Positions 8,382-19,379 are shown, numbered from the stretch's first letter. The stretch is 19,447 nt of DNA from an uncultured Nitrososphaeraceae archaeon (GCA_963837175.1 CAWIMJ010000044.1:1-19447); one strand, 5' to 3'. Notes: generated by a model from the sequence alone, not told the origin. Made by a program: numbers and translations.

Positions 8382-9167
8382 TTAACTTGATTTCGACAAA
8401 GATGATGACTGAATTTCTTTGAAAACCTTTTCAAAAGTTGAATAAGGTTGAGCACCTTGAATTGCTAATGGTTGTGTTGTATTGGACAAGAGAATGAAGG
8501 TAGGAATGGATTGTAGACCTATATTTTTTGCAAGATTATCATTTTCGTTTACGGCTTTAGAATATCTATGTGACTCAAGACAGTCAGAAAATTGCATAAG
8601 GTCGCCTATTCCTGCATTGTTAGCAAATTGCTTTAAATTATCTTTAGTGATCCACTCTGTGTTTTCGTCTCCTGCCTTTTGGTACAACTCATTATGATAT
8701 TGCCAATATTTTCCTTGCTCGGCAGCACAATAGGATGCTTCTGCTGCTAATGTAGATGCTTTATCAACAGTAGTAGCTATATTTGTAGCAGGGTTTTCAT
8801 TAGTATTTACAAAATCTTTATATAAATATCGTACTTGCCCAGTGTTTACAAAATTTGTAAGTATATCCTCTATGGTTTCTCTATGGAATTTTGCACAGGA
8901 CTGACATTTATAATCTGCAAATTCTATCATCGTTATATTGGCTGTACTGGTTCCAAGTGCTGAAGCATTTTGAATTACAGGATTGTATAATTTTCGAATT
9001 ACTTCATTTGGATTTAAATCATTTCTAGAGGAATTGGAGTTATTATTGTTGTTAGAACCGAAAGGCAAAACTGCAGCCAAAGTCCCTCCTATCATGAGAA
9101 CTGCAAGAGCAACGCCAGCAATCACAGCTTTCTTCTTGGTTTTCCTAGTCTTACCTCTATTTTTCAT
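8382..9167 (-). CDS. Membrane-anchored DsbA/BdbD-like thioredoxin-fold oxidoreductase
   Basis: Basic N-terminus plus TM helix, EFADYKCQSC (CxxC), AAEASYCAAEQGKYWQYHNELY, cis-Pro loop SIPTF, and GAQPYSTF. Confidence 0.9.
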   Translation of the reverse strand: MKNRGKTRKTKKKAVIAGVALAVLMIGGTLAAVLPFGSNNNNNSNSSRNDLNPNEVIRKLYNPVIQNASALGTSTANITMIEFADYKCQSCAKFHRETIEDILTNFVNTGQVRYLYKDFVNTNENPATNIATTVDKASTLAAEASYCAAEQGKYWQYHNELYQKAGDENTEWITKDNLKQFANNAGIGDLMQFSDCLESHRYSKAVNENDNLAKNIGLQSIPTFILLSNTTQPLAIQGAQPYSTFEKVFKEIQSSSLSKSS

Positions 9168-9677
9168 TATTATTATATCCAGTTACTTTTAAACAAGACG
9201 CACTTAAAAGTGGTAGAGAAATCTAACATAGGTTTGACAATAGAATACAGAATAACAATTTGACATATTATTAAGTTTTGAAAGACTTGTTGATAAAAGT
9301 CTACGTCTTATATCTAGACATAGATTAGTTGTAAATTATTTGCATTTAAATCCAAATAATTAATTATTAAATAACTCTAGAACATATACGAAAACGTGAG
9401 GTCTGTTTACGATGGTACAAAAAAATATTGTCAATATGGTTCAAACTCAAGTGCCTACGCAGTATCGTTATTACCAAAATATATTAGACAATATATATCA
9501 CAGAAGTGATTGAGATTGCGTTTATCTTTTATATATAGAGACAGAAAATAGAGAATCAAGTTCACAAATTTCACATTAAATGTAGTTAAGTTGAGCATGC
9601 TGAAATTATAGAACATAGTATCACACTCATTTTGTACTTCTAAAAACTGTTAAATTATATATTTAGTAACAAGATTT

Positions 9678-10385
9678 ATGAGTAATTCAAATAATATAGA
9701 ATGGGATGATGTAATAAAGAAGGAAGCAAGAGGTTCTGATGACGAGGATCTGGGAGAAGTCCAGGAGACGGGTCATGATTATGTTGTAGTACAAAAAGGA
9801 ATGATAAACAAAGAGAAATTCTATATTCCAAAGGATATGGCCGAGTCATATGATGGAAGTGTATTGCGATTCAATATATCTAAAGAAGAAGTAAAGAGTA
9901 GGTTTATGAGAGTCTCACCACCTACCGGTAATAGATATTCTTCATCATATGGAAATGTAGATTTTACAGAAGAACAAGATAAATCAGATGCTTCACAAGA
10001 CACTGCTACTGGCATTCCTCTGAGGGAAGAAAGACTGAATGTATCCAAAGAGGAATCCACTGAAGAAGCAACAGTAACAAAAGAAGCGATAACTGAAACA
10101 AAAAGAATTGGAATACCCGTTACACATGAAGAAATTACAATAGAAAAAAGACCTCCTAGAGATAGAAAATATACTAGTATATCGTCTGAAAGTCCAGTAG
10201 ATTCCAAAACAGAAATAAAGGTTCCATTAAAGAAAGAAGAGGTAGAAGTCATAAAGCAGCCCTATGTAAAAGAAGTAGTTGTAAAGAAAAATCCTGTAAC
10301 TAAAACTCAGCAAGTTACTGAACAAGTTAGAAGTGAAAAGCTAAATATTGCCGATAATAAAAATATAGAAGAACAAGAAAAGTAA
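9678..10385 (+). CDS. YsnF/AvaK (DUF2382)-domain protein with N-terminal PRC-barrel-like region
   Basis: IPLREERLNVSK, VTKEAITETKRIGIPVTHEEITIEKRP, IKVPLKKEEVEVIKQPYVKEVVVKK and QQVTEQVRSE. N-terminal DDEDLGEVQE...YVVVQKGMINKEKFYIP. Confidence 0.82.
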   Translation: MSNSNNIEWDDVIKKEARGSDDEDLGEVQETGHDYVVVQKGMINKEKFYIPKDMAESYDGSVLRFNISKEEVKSRFMRVSPPTGNRYSSSYGNVDFTEEQDKSDASQDTATGIPLREERLNVSKEESTEEATVTKEAITETKRIGIPVTHEEITIEKRPPRDRKYTSISSESPVDSKTEIKVPLKKEEVEVIKQPYVKEVVVKKNPVTKTQQVTEQVRSEKLNIADNKNIEEQEK

Positions 10386-10594
10386 GTATAAACGAAAAGA
10401 TATTATTTGATTTTTTTAATGTGATAACTTTATTTTCTTTTATAATAATTATCTTTAGTGCATTTTATGAATTACTTGGCCATATTGGATAAATAAGGTA
10501 AAAGTTCGCTTGATTTCATAGATGAGTATTGAGAAAAACAGGAAACCTCATAACCCTTCTGCGCGATTTCCAAAGGACGTGTCAATGAGGGCTT

Positions 10595-11286
10595 GATTGA
10601 GTAAATGGGAAGAAAATATTTATGGCAATACTCTCTGATGGTTTGAAAGGCGAGATGTATATAAATTTTTTATCGCAGCCAATAATAAATAGAGAAACAA
10701 GACAATATATAGTGGATTAGTAGAAGCATCATCAATTCCTACTGTAAACATTTTTGCACATTATGGAAATGTTCAAATTATAGGTTCACAGTTTTTAGTT
10801 GCTTTTGACAACAATGCAACTTTGCTGGCTATCGGTGTAAATCAGACCTTAATCGGAAAGAACTTTTTTGGCTCTCAAGTACAGCAATTTATAGATCAGA
10901 ACAGGATACTGAATAATCTAACACGGAGCTTATAATCAGCTAATTTCCGATTATGCAGTCGATGATTATGGACAAGGTGAAAGATTGATTACTGCACATC
11001 CAATTTTTTGTTAATGGTGAACCAAAGTATTTCCTTCAGAAGGTAACACCTACGAAAGGAATTTATGGACAGTTGGAGACGTCCTTTTTTTACAAAGGAT
11101 AAGATTGTTTTCATTTCCAATGGGTAATATTGCTGTAATACTGTAATAGCAGTATTAATAGTACTACTTGCAAAGTGGAACGTGATTTTCTACTTAAGGA
11201 AGTAAAAAGAAAGAACAACAGAATTGGAAAAATCATATGACGATATAAAATAATATTTGGATACTGTAATAGCTGAACTCAAATGA
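10595..11286 (+). pseudogene. Decayed extracellular Cache-like sensor + TM helix + short coiled coil (no kinase domain)
   Basis: Reading across several frameshifts gives D*VNGKKIFMAILSDG...SQPIINRETRQYI/GLVEASSIPTVNIFAHYGNVQIIGSQFLVAFDNNATLLAIGVNQTLIGKNFFGSQVQQFIDQNRILNNLTRSL*/DYAVDDYGQGERLITAHPIF/VNGEPKYFLQKVTPT.../VIAVLIVLLAKWN/KEVKR/RTTELEKSYDDIK*YLDTVIAELK*. In-frame stops lie at 10598, 10933 and 11251. Confidence 0.7.
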
Positions 11287-11407
11287 ACCAAACTTTAAAA
11301 GGACTGTAATAATATGAAAAAAGTGTATATAGATCAATTGACTTCAGAATTATTTCGCTTGTCGTAAGTTGAAAAATAATAGCCAACAAGCTTTGACAGG
11401 TATTAGT

Positions 11408-12753
11408 TTACCATCCCAAGGCCTTTGCAGATTTTGCAGCAGCATCATCCAAAGCTTGCTTAGGTGCTTTGATACCAGAGTAAACGTCATCGATTGCTTC
11501 GCTTATATGAACGGCTATCTGAGGATATTCCGGTATATTGGGCCTAGCTCTTCCAGAAAGGATCAACGAGATCAATTCATCATAGTACGGAATTGATTTA
11601 CGCAAATCTGTTAAGTAAGGACCTTCCCCGATGGGTACCTGAGTCGGAAGATACCCGTATTTTGCTAGCATAGAGGAAAGTATTTTGGGTTCTAGCATTA
11701 TCGTGATTAATTCCCAAGCCAACTCCTTATTTTTCGAACTATTTGGAATACTCAACTCCCATCCTCCCATAATAGTTGTAGTTGAAGTATTTTCATTTGG
11801 TACTGGAAACATTGGTATCATACCTACATGCTGTTCGAGATTTTTATTTGTAAGGGACAAAAAGTATCCCGGCAACCATGAACCAGCAAGCATAATTGCA
11901 TATTTCCGATCAACAAATTCTTTTTCAACATCAGCTTTTATTGGTTTGACACCTGCATCAACTAGCGTTTTGAAAAATTGCAACGCTTTAACTCCTTCTG
12001 TGCTATTATAGCTTGGAAACCAATATCTACCTTTTATTGGATGCCCTGGCCTATTCTCAATTATATCTCCTCCAAGCATCCACAGAAATGGATACCACTC
12101 ATTTTGAGAACCTGGACCACCAAGGAGCTCGATCCCGTATATTCCCTGACCTTTTAAAGCGTCATTAAGATTCTTTGCAGATGCAATATATCCTTCCCAT
12201 GTCTTTAAGGAATTAGGATCAACACTTGACTTATTTAAGAGATCCTTCCAATACCATATACTCCTTACGTCAGTCCAAGCCCAGATACCATATATCTTAT
12301 CTTTATAACCACCGCCATCCCAATTCGTTTCATACCAATCAGAAGCTCTTCCCCAATTTTCTGTACGAGTTGTAAGATCAGTTAGAAATCCTTTTTCAGC
12401 AAACTCTCCAAGCCAGATCTGATCTATGGAAAGTAGATCAACTGAAGTTTGGTTAGCCATTAAATTTGACATCTGTGTCCGAGCATCATTATATTTTAAA
12501 ATAGTATAGTTAACCCGAATATCATAGTCAGGATGTTTTGTTCTTAAATCCTGTAATGCCATTGAAATAAGCATGTCCCATCTATCTCTTGGCTCGACTA
12601 GAGAGCTGTTAATGTAACCTCTTTTTTAGCAAAAGACGGAAGAATAAAACTAGGTGTTGCTAAAATGTTAAGTGTTAAAATTGTTATAAGAAAAATACAG
12701 ATAACAGAGAGTGTCTTGATATGTATAATTGTTGAGTTCATCCTAAAGTTCAT
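11408..12753 (-). pseudogene. Sugar-type ABC extracellular solute-binding protein (family 1); signal peptide separated by a 1-nt frameshift at about 12601
   Basis: The 388-aa ORF has DLLSIDQIWLGEFAEKGFLTDLT, IWYWKDLL, AIMLAGSW, GGWELSIP, ELAWELI and ARPNIPEYPQI. The upstream frame from ATG 12753 encodes MNFRMNSTIIHIKTLSVICIFLITILTLNILATPSFILPSFAKKEVTLTAL then TAG (12598-12600). One added base gives TAL(L)VEPRDRWDMLI. GGTGA (SD-like) lies about 9 nt upstream of that ATG. Confidence 0.85.
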
Positions 12754-13185
12754 TAAAAGAGATCACCATCTCAAGCTATCTTTATGAATTACGCAATAAA
12801 AAAGTTTAACTTTTCAACTTTTTATAACATTAACCATATTATCAGTCACTGAATTAGGTTCAGTGTATTGATTTGATCAAGAAGCAACAGTTATTTCAAA
12901 TTCTTAGTGAAGATGTATGTCGCAATTAATAATGTAATTATCATAAAAAAATTCCTATAATGTAAGGATAAAATTCTTAGACTTATAGCAAATACGCTTT
13001 CATATAACAGCATTTGGTTAAACGAAACGAATAGTATTGCATATAATAATTATTATAATATATGATCCATAACTCCTACTTCCATAGTTATGTGCGATGT
13101 CAATTACAGTGTTAATTTTATATTAATCAATTCTTCTTGAGAACAATCTTAAAGTATTTTTATTTGATATCCGGATACAAATAAT

Positions 13186-13800
13186 ATGAGCGTAGAACCC
13201 GTTAATTATCTATCTCAAACTGATTTTCGGTTAGCCGAGTTAATTAAATCTATTGGAAAATATTCAGTTAAAACCAGAAATGATCCATTCCAATCACTAA
13301 TAGAATCTATAATCTTTCAGCAACTTGCAGGAAGAGTTGCTAATATTATCAATGGACGATTTCTGGACTATTACAATAATATTTCACCCACACCTGACCA
13401 AATTCTATCAACTCCTGCTTCTATGCTAAAAGCCAAAGTTGGATTATCAGGTAAAAAGATAGAATATATAAAGGATCTTTCTGCAAGAATTATAGATAGA
13501 AGGCTAAACTTAGCGTTAATATCGAAAATGACGGATGAAGAAATCGTTAACGAATTGATACAAGTAAAAGGAATTGGTCGATGGACTGCAGAAATGTTTT
13601 TGATATTTTGTTTAGGCAGACAGGATATCTTTCCTGTAGGTGACCTAGGTGTGAGAAAGGCTATCCAGAAAGTTTATAGCTTGCCAGAACTTCCTACGCC
13701 TTCTACAATGCTGGTTATAGCTCAACCATGGAAGCCTTACAGAAGCATAGCTACGTGGTATCTGTGGAAATCACTCTCCAAATTCGATTCGATTGGATAA
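13186..13800 (+). CDS. alkA: DNA-3-methyladenine glycosylase II (HhH-GPD family)
   Basis: DPFQSLIESIIFQQLAG, GLSGKKIEYIKDL, HhH motif LIQVKGIGRWTAEMFLIF, PVGDLGVRK and WKPYRSIATWYLW. Confidence 0.92.
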   Translation: MSVEPVNYLSQTDFRLAELIKSIGKYSVKTRNDPFQSLIESIIFQQLAGRVANIINGRFLDYYNNISPTPDQILSTPASMLKAKVGLSGKKIEYIKDLSARIIDRRLNLALISKMTDEEIVNELIQVKGIGRWTAEMFLIFCLGRQDIFPVGDLGVRKAIQKVYSLPELPTPSTMLVIAQPWKPYRSIATWYLWKSLSKFDSIG

Positions 13801-13862
13801 TAATGAAATTATTGTTTAATAATGCCGATAAATACTTGACATTTAACTAAGTGCTTAAGCAG

Positions 13863-15281
13863 TCAGTGTAATGGAGGAACAAATTTATTGAGACTATTAT
13901 TGATGCATTCATATCTGTATGCCAATGAAAGAATCTTTTCCTCCTGAAATAGAGATCCTACAATTTGTACTCCTACAGGCATTCCATCTTTGGTTAATCC
14001 AACCGGAATACTAATTGCTGGCAGACCTGTGCTGTTAAAGAGGATGGTGTTTCTCAATAAAGCTTCGCGTACTTCTATAGATTTGCCATTAATCTCGCTA
14101 GCTTCCAAATCATCAAATCTAGGCGCAGTAAGAATAGTTGTTGGTACAATAACGACATCAACTTTTGTTAGTAAATTTAGAAATTCTCTTCTCATTTCAT
14201 TTCTCACTCTGTGAGCGTGAATATAGTCGATAGCAGATATATTATTTCCTTCCAATAGCATTCTTCTTACATCTTCGCCGTAATCATCAGGCCTTGTAGT
14301 AAGCCATTTCATGTGGATTTCTGTTGCTTCTGCAAATCTTATACTTTTCCATGACTCATGTATTTTATCTGTCTTCTCTAAATTTATCTCGAGTATACTA
14401 TCTGCCAATCCTGTAGTATCTATGAAATCATTGATAATGTCTTTTACTTCTGATTGTAGAGAATCGAAAAAATATTGTTTTGGAATTCCAATAGACGATT
14501 TCTTATCTTTAGGTTCTGCAAATAGTTTTTTATCGCAAAGAATAGTTTGATTCTCGAACATATCGACTGGAGAACGACCAGCAATAATCTGCAATACAAG
14601 AGCGGCATCCCATGCGCTCCTGGTTATGCATCCTATGTGATCTAGTGAAGGGGCTAAATCTATAACTCCATATTTGCTGACCCTTCCATAGGTAGGCTTC
14701 AAACCTACGACTCCACATAGCGAGGAGGGAACTCTAATAGAACCACCGGTATCTGTTCCTAAAGATACAGGTACCATCCCTGTTGCAACTGCTACAGCAG
14801 ATCCACCGCTCGATCCACCTGATATTCTGTGAATATTCCATGGGTTTTTGGATGAACCGTAATGAGGATTTATACCTGTTATACCAGAAGCAAATTCATT
14901 TAAGTTATTTGTTCCAAGTAGAATGGCGCCTGCTTTTCTCATTCTTGCAACTACCGTTGAGTCGATATTTGAAACATAATTGGACATAATTTTTGAGCCG
15001 GCGGTACATCTAACTCCTTCTGCAGAAATAATATCTTTAATTGAAAATGGAATGCCATGTAACGGTCCACGATCTACTCCCCGTCTGATTTCCTTTTCAA
15101 TTATTTCTGCATCCTTATATGCTCGCTCATTTATAACAGTAATGAAAGAATTCAAACATGGATTAAATTTATTAATTCTTTTTATGCAAACTTCAACTAA
15201 ATCCACTGAAGATAGTTCTTGATTCCTTATTTTCTCTGATAATTTCTTAATGCTTGAAAGCGAAGTGGACTCTTTTACCAT
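13863..15281 (-). CDS. Amidase signature family enzyme (GatA-like)
   Basis: [12 protein letters not shown] (catalytic Lys), [24 protein letters not shown] (Ser nucleophile) and [10 protein letters not shown]. Confidence 0.93.
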   Translation of the reverse strand: MVKESTSLSSIKKLSEKIRNQELSSVDLVEVCIKRINKFNPCLNSFITVINERAYKDAEIIEKEIRRGVDRGPLHGIPFSIKDIISAEGVRCTAGSKIMSNYVSNIDSTVVARMRKAGAILLGTNNLNEFASGITGINPHYGSSKNPWNIHRISGGSSGGSAVAVATGMVPVSLGTDTGGSIRVPSSLCGVVGLKPTYGRVSKYGVIDLAPSLDHIGCITRSAWDAALVLQIIAGRSPVDMFENQTILCDKKLFAEPKDKKSSIGIPKQYFFDSLQSEVKDIINDFIDTTGLADSILEINLEKTDKIHESWKSIRFAEATEIHMKWLTTRPDDYGEDVRRMLLEGNNISAIDYIHAHRVRNEMRREFLNLLTKVDVVIVPTTILTAPRFDDLEASEINGKSIEVREALLRNTILFNSTGLPAISIPVGLTKDGMPVGVQIVGSLFQEEKILSLAYRYECINNSLNKFVPPLH

Positions 15282-15302
15282 TATTCTGATATAGTTACCA
15301 AC

Positions 15303-15310
15303 TTTTAAAA
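15303..15310 (-). promoter_or_regulatory. Putative TATA box for a leaderless or short-leader amidase transcript
   Basis: TTTTAAAA lies 22-29 nt upstream of the ATG at 15281. Confidence 0.4.
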
Positions 15311-15918
15311 TAGTTATTTCTAAATTTGCATAAAAGCTATTTGTCCGTTATCAGCAATTATAACAACAAATACACAAATACAAAATATATTATCCAAAAT
15401 GGCATCCGATGGTCCTTGGGATTATAGAAATCAGAATAAGAAACAGAAGGTTCCTATAAGGATATCAAAGAGATGCACATTTAAGAATTTACAGAACTTC
15501 GTTTCGGTTTATCTTTATCTGCTGCGGCTCCTTTACGCTTGTACTAATCGGTCGCTATCCTGCGGTTAGTTTTTTGGATTATAAACAATCTTAATAATAT
15601 TATCAGAAAATGGAAAAAATCAAGACTGTTAAAATGATTAATCTGATCTACAATCTTTTCCTTTTTGCAGATACTTACATATGTGTATGAATGCTATCTT
15701 CCGAGAGTATTATTTTCCAATAACTGATATATCTTGAAATCAGGGATCAAATTTTGAATAGATACGGGCGTTGATGAAATCAGGAGGAATATAGAACAGA
15801 AGCATTCAACTCTCAACCCAGCATGTCAGATAGGAAATATCTAGTAAATAAAAAAGTTGGCGGATATTATAGGGAGAAATGTTTTAACACCACTTTACCA
15901 TTAAGTGTACGAACAAGG

Positions 15919-16305
15919 TTGAATAAAAAAGACGAAGCAGATACATTGTTGAAACTATACGATATCTATGATCGTCATAGAGAATCTATGATTTGGTTTC
16001 TTCATAAATTAGATGTAGAAAGTTACGATGCATATCAACAAAAATATCATGAGACATCTGAAGGCTTGTTTCATTTTACTGCAATTTGTGGCTTTTTTGA
16101 GTTATCTGGAGTGTTAGTTAATACACGATTAATAGACCAAAACATGTATTTCGATGTTTTTAATCCTAACCCTTATTGGCAAAAAGCTAAATCTATTGTG
16201 GAAGGAATGCGTAAAGAGAGGCCACACATATACGAAAACTTCGAAGTTTTAAATAACAAACGACATCTATGGACAAAGAGAAGAAGAAACAAAATAAAAA
16301 AATGA
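15919..16305 (+). CDS. Hypothetical helical protein, DUF4760-like (probable TTG start at 15919; ORF track starts at 15823)
   Basis: ADTLLKLYDIY...ICGFFELSGVLVNTRLIDQNMYFD...YWQKAKSIVEGMRKE..IYENFEVL resembles the DUF4760 pattern from memory. The first 32 codons of the long ORF look non-conserved. Confidence 0.6.
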   Translation: MNKKDEADTLLKLYDIYDRHRESMIWFLHKLDVESYDAYQQKYHETSEGLFHFTAICGFFELSGVLVNTRLIDQNMYFDVFNPNPYWQKAKSIVEGMRKERPHIYENFEVLNNKRHLWTKRRRNKIKK

Positions 16306-17339
16306 TCATATAATTTAATACTCAAGTCCTCGTCTACTCTTATTTACAATAAGAGTTAGTAAAAAAAACTATTAATTTAGTTATAAAAAAGTGGTGATCA
16401 TGTATAGATAATTATTTATATTTATTTAGTATAGTCAGGTAATGGTTGTAGATACACTGCTCTTTTATAATAAGCATATTTAAAGAAAAAATTAAATGCA
16501 TATATCTTTCATATATGCACATTCAAATTACTTTTTCCATTTACAGATAGTCAAAATAATCGCAATTTTACCAATCATTTTTAATCATTTAACTTAGCTC
16601 TTCTCTATGAGCTGGAAGTATAATAACCTCTTCAATTGGTCTTATTATTATTGCATTATTATACCAAAGTATCATCATCATAGAAGGATAGTACTTATAA
16701 CCAGAAACGGCTAACATTCTAAATATGCCGAATTGTTTTGTGCTTCTACGCATTCCCAGCCCAAACAAATATTTTAGAATAAACAGGATTTAAAAAAATA
16801 ATTGCCAATCATACGATTTTGAGTTACAGCTACATAATGATGTAGCATCCTGCATTTTTGCAAAGATGTTCTAGACTCTAGACATTATAAATAATGGTAG
16901 ACTAGAGCTTCAAATAGTAGCACGGTGACGACAGAAGGAAAGATATAGGCAGCATCTTCATGACTCTCCAACTTCATTCACTGATAAGAATAAGGCAGCT
17001 TGAAGAAGATATAAACATTATTAGTAATGCTGCAAGATAAGGAGATAAAGAGAAAAACCCACATTCACAGTTCAATATTCTTCAATTAAAAATACAGTAT
17101 GCAACTTGAAACCTGTTCAAAAACCAATTTGCGTTACAATAGTTGGTCGCTCAGGGTAGAAATATCAAATAAAGATTATACTAAAACATCCGGATAGATA
17201 TATTTATCCTTGCGGTCATCGTATAAGGTCCCAAAAAAACTTCTCTTCTAAAACAGCCTTGTACTTTTATTGGATAGAATTAGAAAAAAGTATTCAGTAT
17301 TGATTTTCTATTGGTTGAGCAAAACAGATGAGCAAGTAT

Positions 17340-17379
17340 AGGAGGAGGCCATCAAGCAACAAAATAAAAACCTCCTCCT
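17340..17379. repeat. 9-bp inverted repeat AGGAGGAGG ... CCTCCTCCT with a 22-nt loop
   Basis: aggaggagg at 17340-17348 and cctcctcct at 17371-17379. Confidence 0.6.
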
Positions 17380-17579
17380 CGGTATGACGGAGATAAGAGA
17401 GGCAGAACAGGGTCATATCAACAATAGGTAATTTAGAAAAAAGGTGAAAACAAGATTAAAGAAATACATTGAGGTAGGTCTGATACCTTTTGTAAGGGAT
17501 TTTTATAGGATTTGATAAGAGGACTGTTGGACTGGTTAATTCATAAGTGATTCAAAATCTAGGAGGATCATACAAGGGT

Positions 17580-17999
17580 ATGACCGTTATAACTAAAACT
17601 ACTCGCATTAAAACAAGAGGCGAGAACGATATGATAGACATTACCGGAGAAACATCAAAAGCAGTTGAAGAGAGTAAACTGAAAGATGGAATTGTTACAG
17701 TTTTTGTTTCAGGTTCAACTGCAGCAATAACAACTATAGAGTATGAACCAGGACTCACACAAGACTTTCCAAGAATGCTGTCTAGGATTGCTCCGAAAGA
17801 TATTGAGTATGAACATGATAATACCTGGCGTGATGGAAACGGACATTCTCATGTTAGAGCATCTTTGATAGGACCCAGCTTGACTATTCCGTTTAAAGAT
17901 GGCGATTTAATACTAGGCACTTGGCAGCAAATAATCTTGTTAGAAACAGATACAAGGCAGAGAGAACGCAAGATCATATTGCAGATAATAGGAGAATAA
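17580..17999 (+). CDS. yjbQ: YjbQ / UPF0047 family protein (secondary thiamine-phosphate synthase family)
   Basis: MIDIT, GIVTVFVSGSTAAITTIEYEPGL, YEHD...GNGHSHVRASLIGPS and LGTWQQIILLE. AGGAGG at 17561-17566 supports ATG 17580 rather than GTG 17547. Confidence 0.92.
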   Translation: MTVITKTTRIKTRGENDMIDITGETSKAVEESKLKDGIVTVFVSGSTAAITTIEYEPGLTQDFPRMLSRIAPKDIEYEHDNTWRDGNGHSHVRASLIGPSLTIPFKDGDLILGTWQQIILLETDTRQRERKIILQIIGE

Positions 18000-18253
18000 A
18001 GCTATAAAGTGAATATTATGTACGAGGCCAAACGATGCTTTTGAACTGAATACTTGCATTCTTTGTCTGATCAATGATCGATTAGAAAATTGCAATATCG
18101 TAGTTGTCCATAAGGAAGGTAAAAGATATACTAGTTATTTTCTTATACAAACTACATGAGCCTCTAAATTTTTGCCATATTTTGTATCTTTTAAAGTAAT
18201 TCAATCTCCTCTGATCTATCTAAAATATTATAAAAAATAGAGAATAACATCAT

Positions 18254-18392
18254 ATGCATCATACATCAGTTGTAATAAGTATCCTTTAAGGCTATATTAA
18301 ACATGGTAACAATAATAGTAATTATGCCAGCACATCTTGCTTATGCCAAGATTTCCTTCCCCAATTACAGCGTGTGCCTAACTGCACAATAA
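18254..18392 (+). pseudogene. Possible relic signal-peptide region of a secreted protein
   Basis: MHHTSVVISIL* then, in a shifted frame, ILNMVTIIVIMPAHLAYA|KISFPNYSVCLTAQ*. The AYA cleavage-type motif is also seen in the NHL protein. Confidence 0.3.
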
Positions 18393-18818
18393 ACTAATCG
18401 ATCTTTTATATATCTATAGTATCAAAAGATAGATGAAATATACGATTGTTTACGATATAGAAGCATATAATCGCTTATAATTCTTCTGGAAGCAGTAGCG
18501 ACAGCCTCTGGCCCATTCTTAACAAGATGTAGTACAAACAGCCGTGAATATTATGAGATATCACATTGCTTCCTTCACTATTTTTACTTTCAACCACCCA
18601 AACTCTAATATTAACTTCTTGTTTGAAAAGTTCCGATATGTTAATCTTAAGATTTTTTGTCAGGATAAGTTATGGTCAGCGTTTATTTTTTTGTAATAGT
18701 TCTTAAGAGAAATTCAAATTGATCGAGTTACATTACAAAAGTAATATGTAAACCGTTATATTTATAAAACTACATGTTACATCATAAATATATACTTCTA
18801 TCTCTATTTGTGTTTTAT

Positions 18819-19379
18819 ATGAATGACAAAAAGCACTTTATCGCAATCGTATTAACGGTAATAATAGTACCATCCATCTCTATTGTGGCTGTTGAGAATC
18901 TTTTCCAGATGTCGCAACACATGCGTATATTCGCGCAGACATTCCCATCTGCCTCTTCTTCCTCTTTGTATATAACAAAAGTTACAACGAACTCTTATAC
19001 GATATCTTCAGGATCTTCTAGTATAGGAACATTTGATACTTCATATACAATATTAGGTAATCTTGCTTCGATAAAAAATACAAGTAATTTAGTTATATCT
19101 ACAATTACAAAGGATTATGATAGCTCACCAACGATTGGCTATGTGAAACTTGCGGCGCAAATCAGTGCTGGCGGAGAAATAAGTTCTTCTTCTGCTCAAC
19201 CGTCTACTCTTGCGAATCCATTCGCAGATAAAGCTACCATAAATCAGAAAATTAGTACCGAAATCCAGAAAGCGATCGAGTCATCCATGAAATCAAATTT
19301 TGCCAATGTAGAAATAAAGTGTAATTTCGGTGTAGAGCTTTCTGATTGGAAATGCAGTACTCATGGTTTGTTAGGATGA
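18819..19379 (+). CDS. Secreted or membrane-anchored Ser/Thr-rich hypothetical protein with a C-terminal Cys pair
   Basis: MNDKKHFIAIVLTVIIVPSISIVAV signal/TM segment, IFA|Q motif and EIKCNFGVELSDWKC. TATA-like taaatatata about 25-34 nt upstream of ATG 18819 favours this start over 18774. Confidence 0.75.
   Translation: MNDKKHFIAIVLTVIIVPSISIVAVENLFQMSQHMRIFAQTFPSASSSSLYITKVTTNSYTISSGSSSIGTFDTSYTILGNLASIKNTSNLVISTITKDYDSSPTIGYVKLAAQISAGGEISSSSAQPSTLANPFADKATINQKISTEIQKAIESSMKSNFANVEIKCNFGVELSDWKCSTHGLLG

Noticed and set aside
15399-15569. 56-codon plus-strand ORF MASDGPWDYRN...
   Set aside because: Short and without a recognisable motif, so it cannot be supported without homology data.
17140-17560. 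TPP riboswitch upstream of yjbQ
   Set aside because: The conserved CUGAGA and ACCUGAU core elements were not found in the expected arrangement.
8482-17758. Short ORFs antisense to or nested in the DsbA-like, YsnF-like, SBP, amidase and yjbQ genes
   Set aside because: They overlap well-supported genes and have shadow-like composition.
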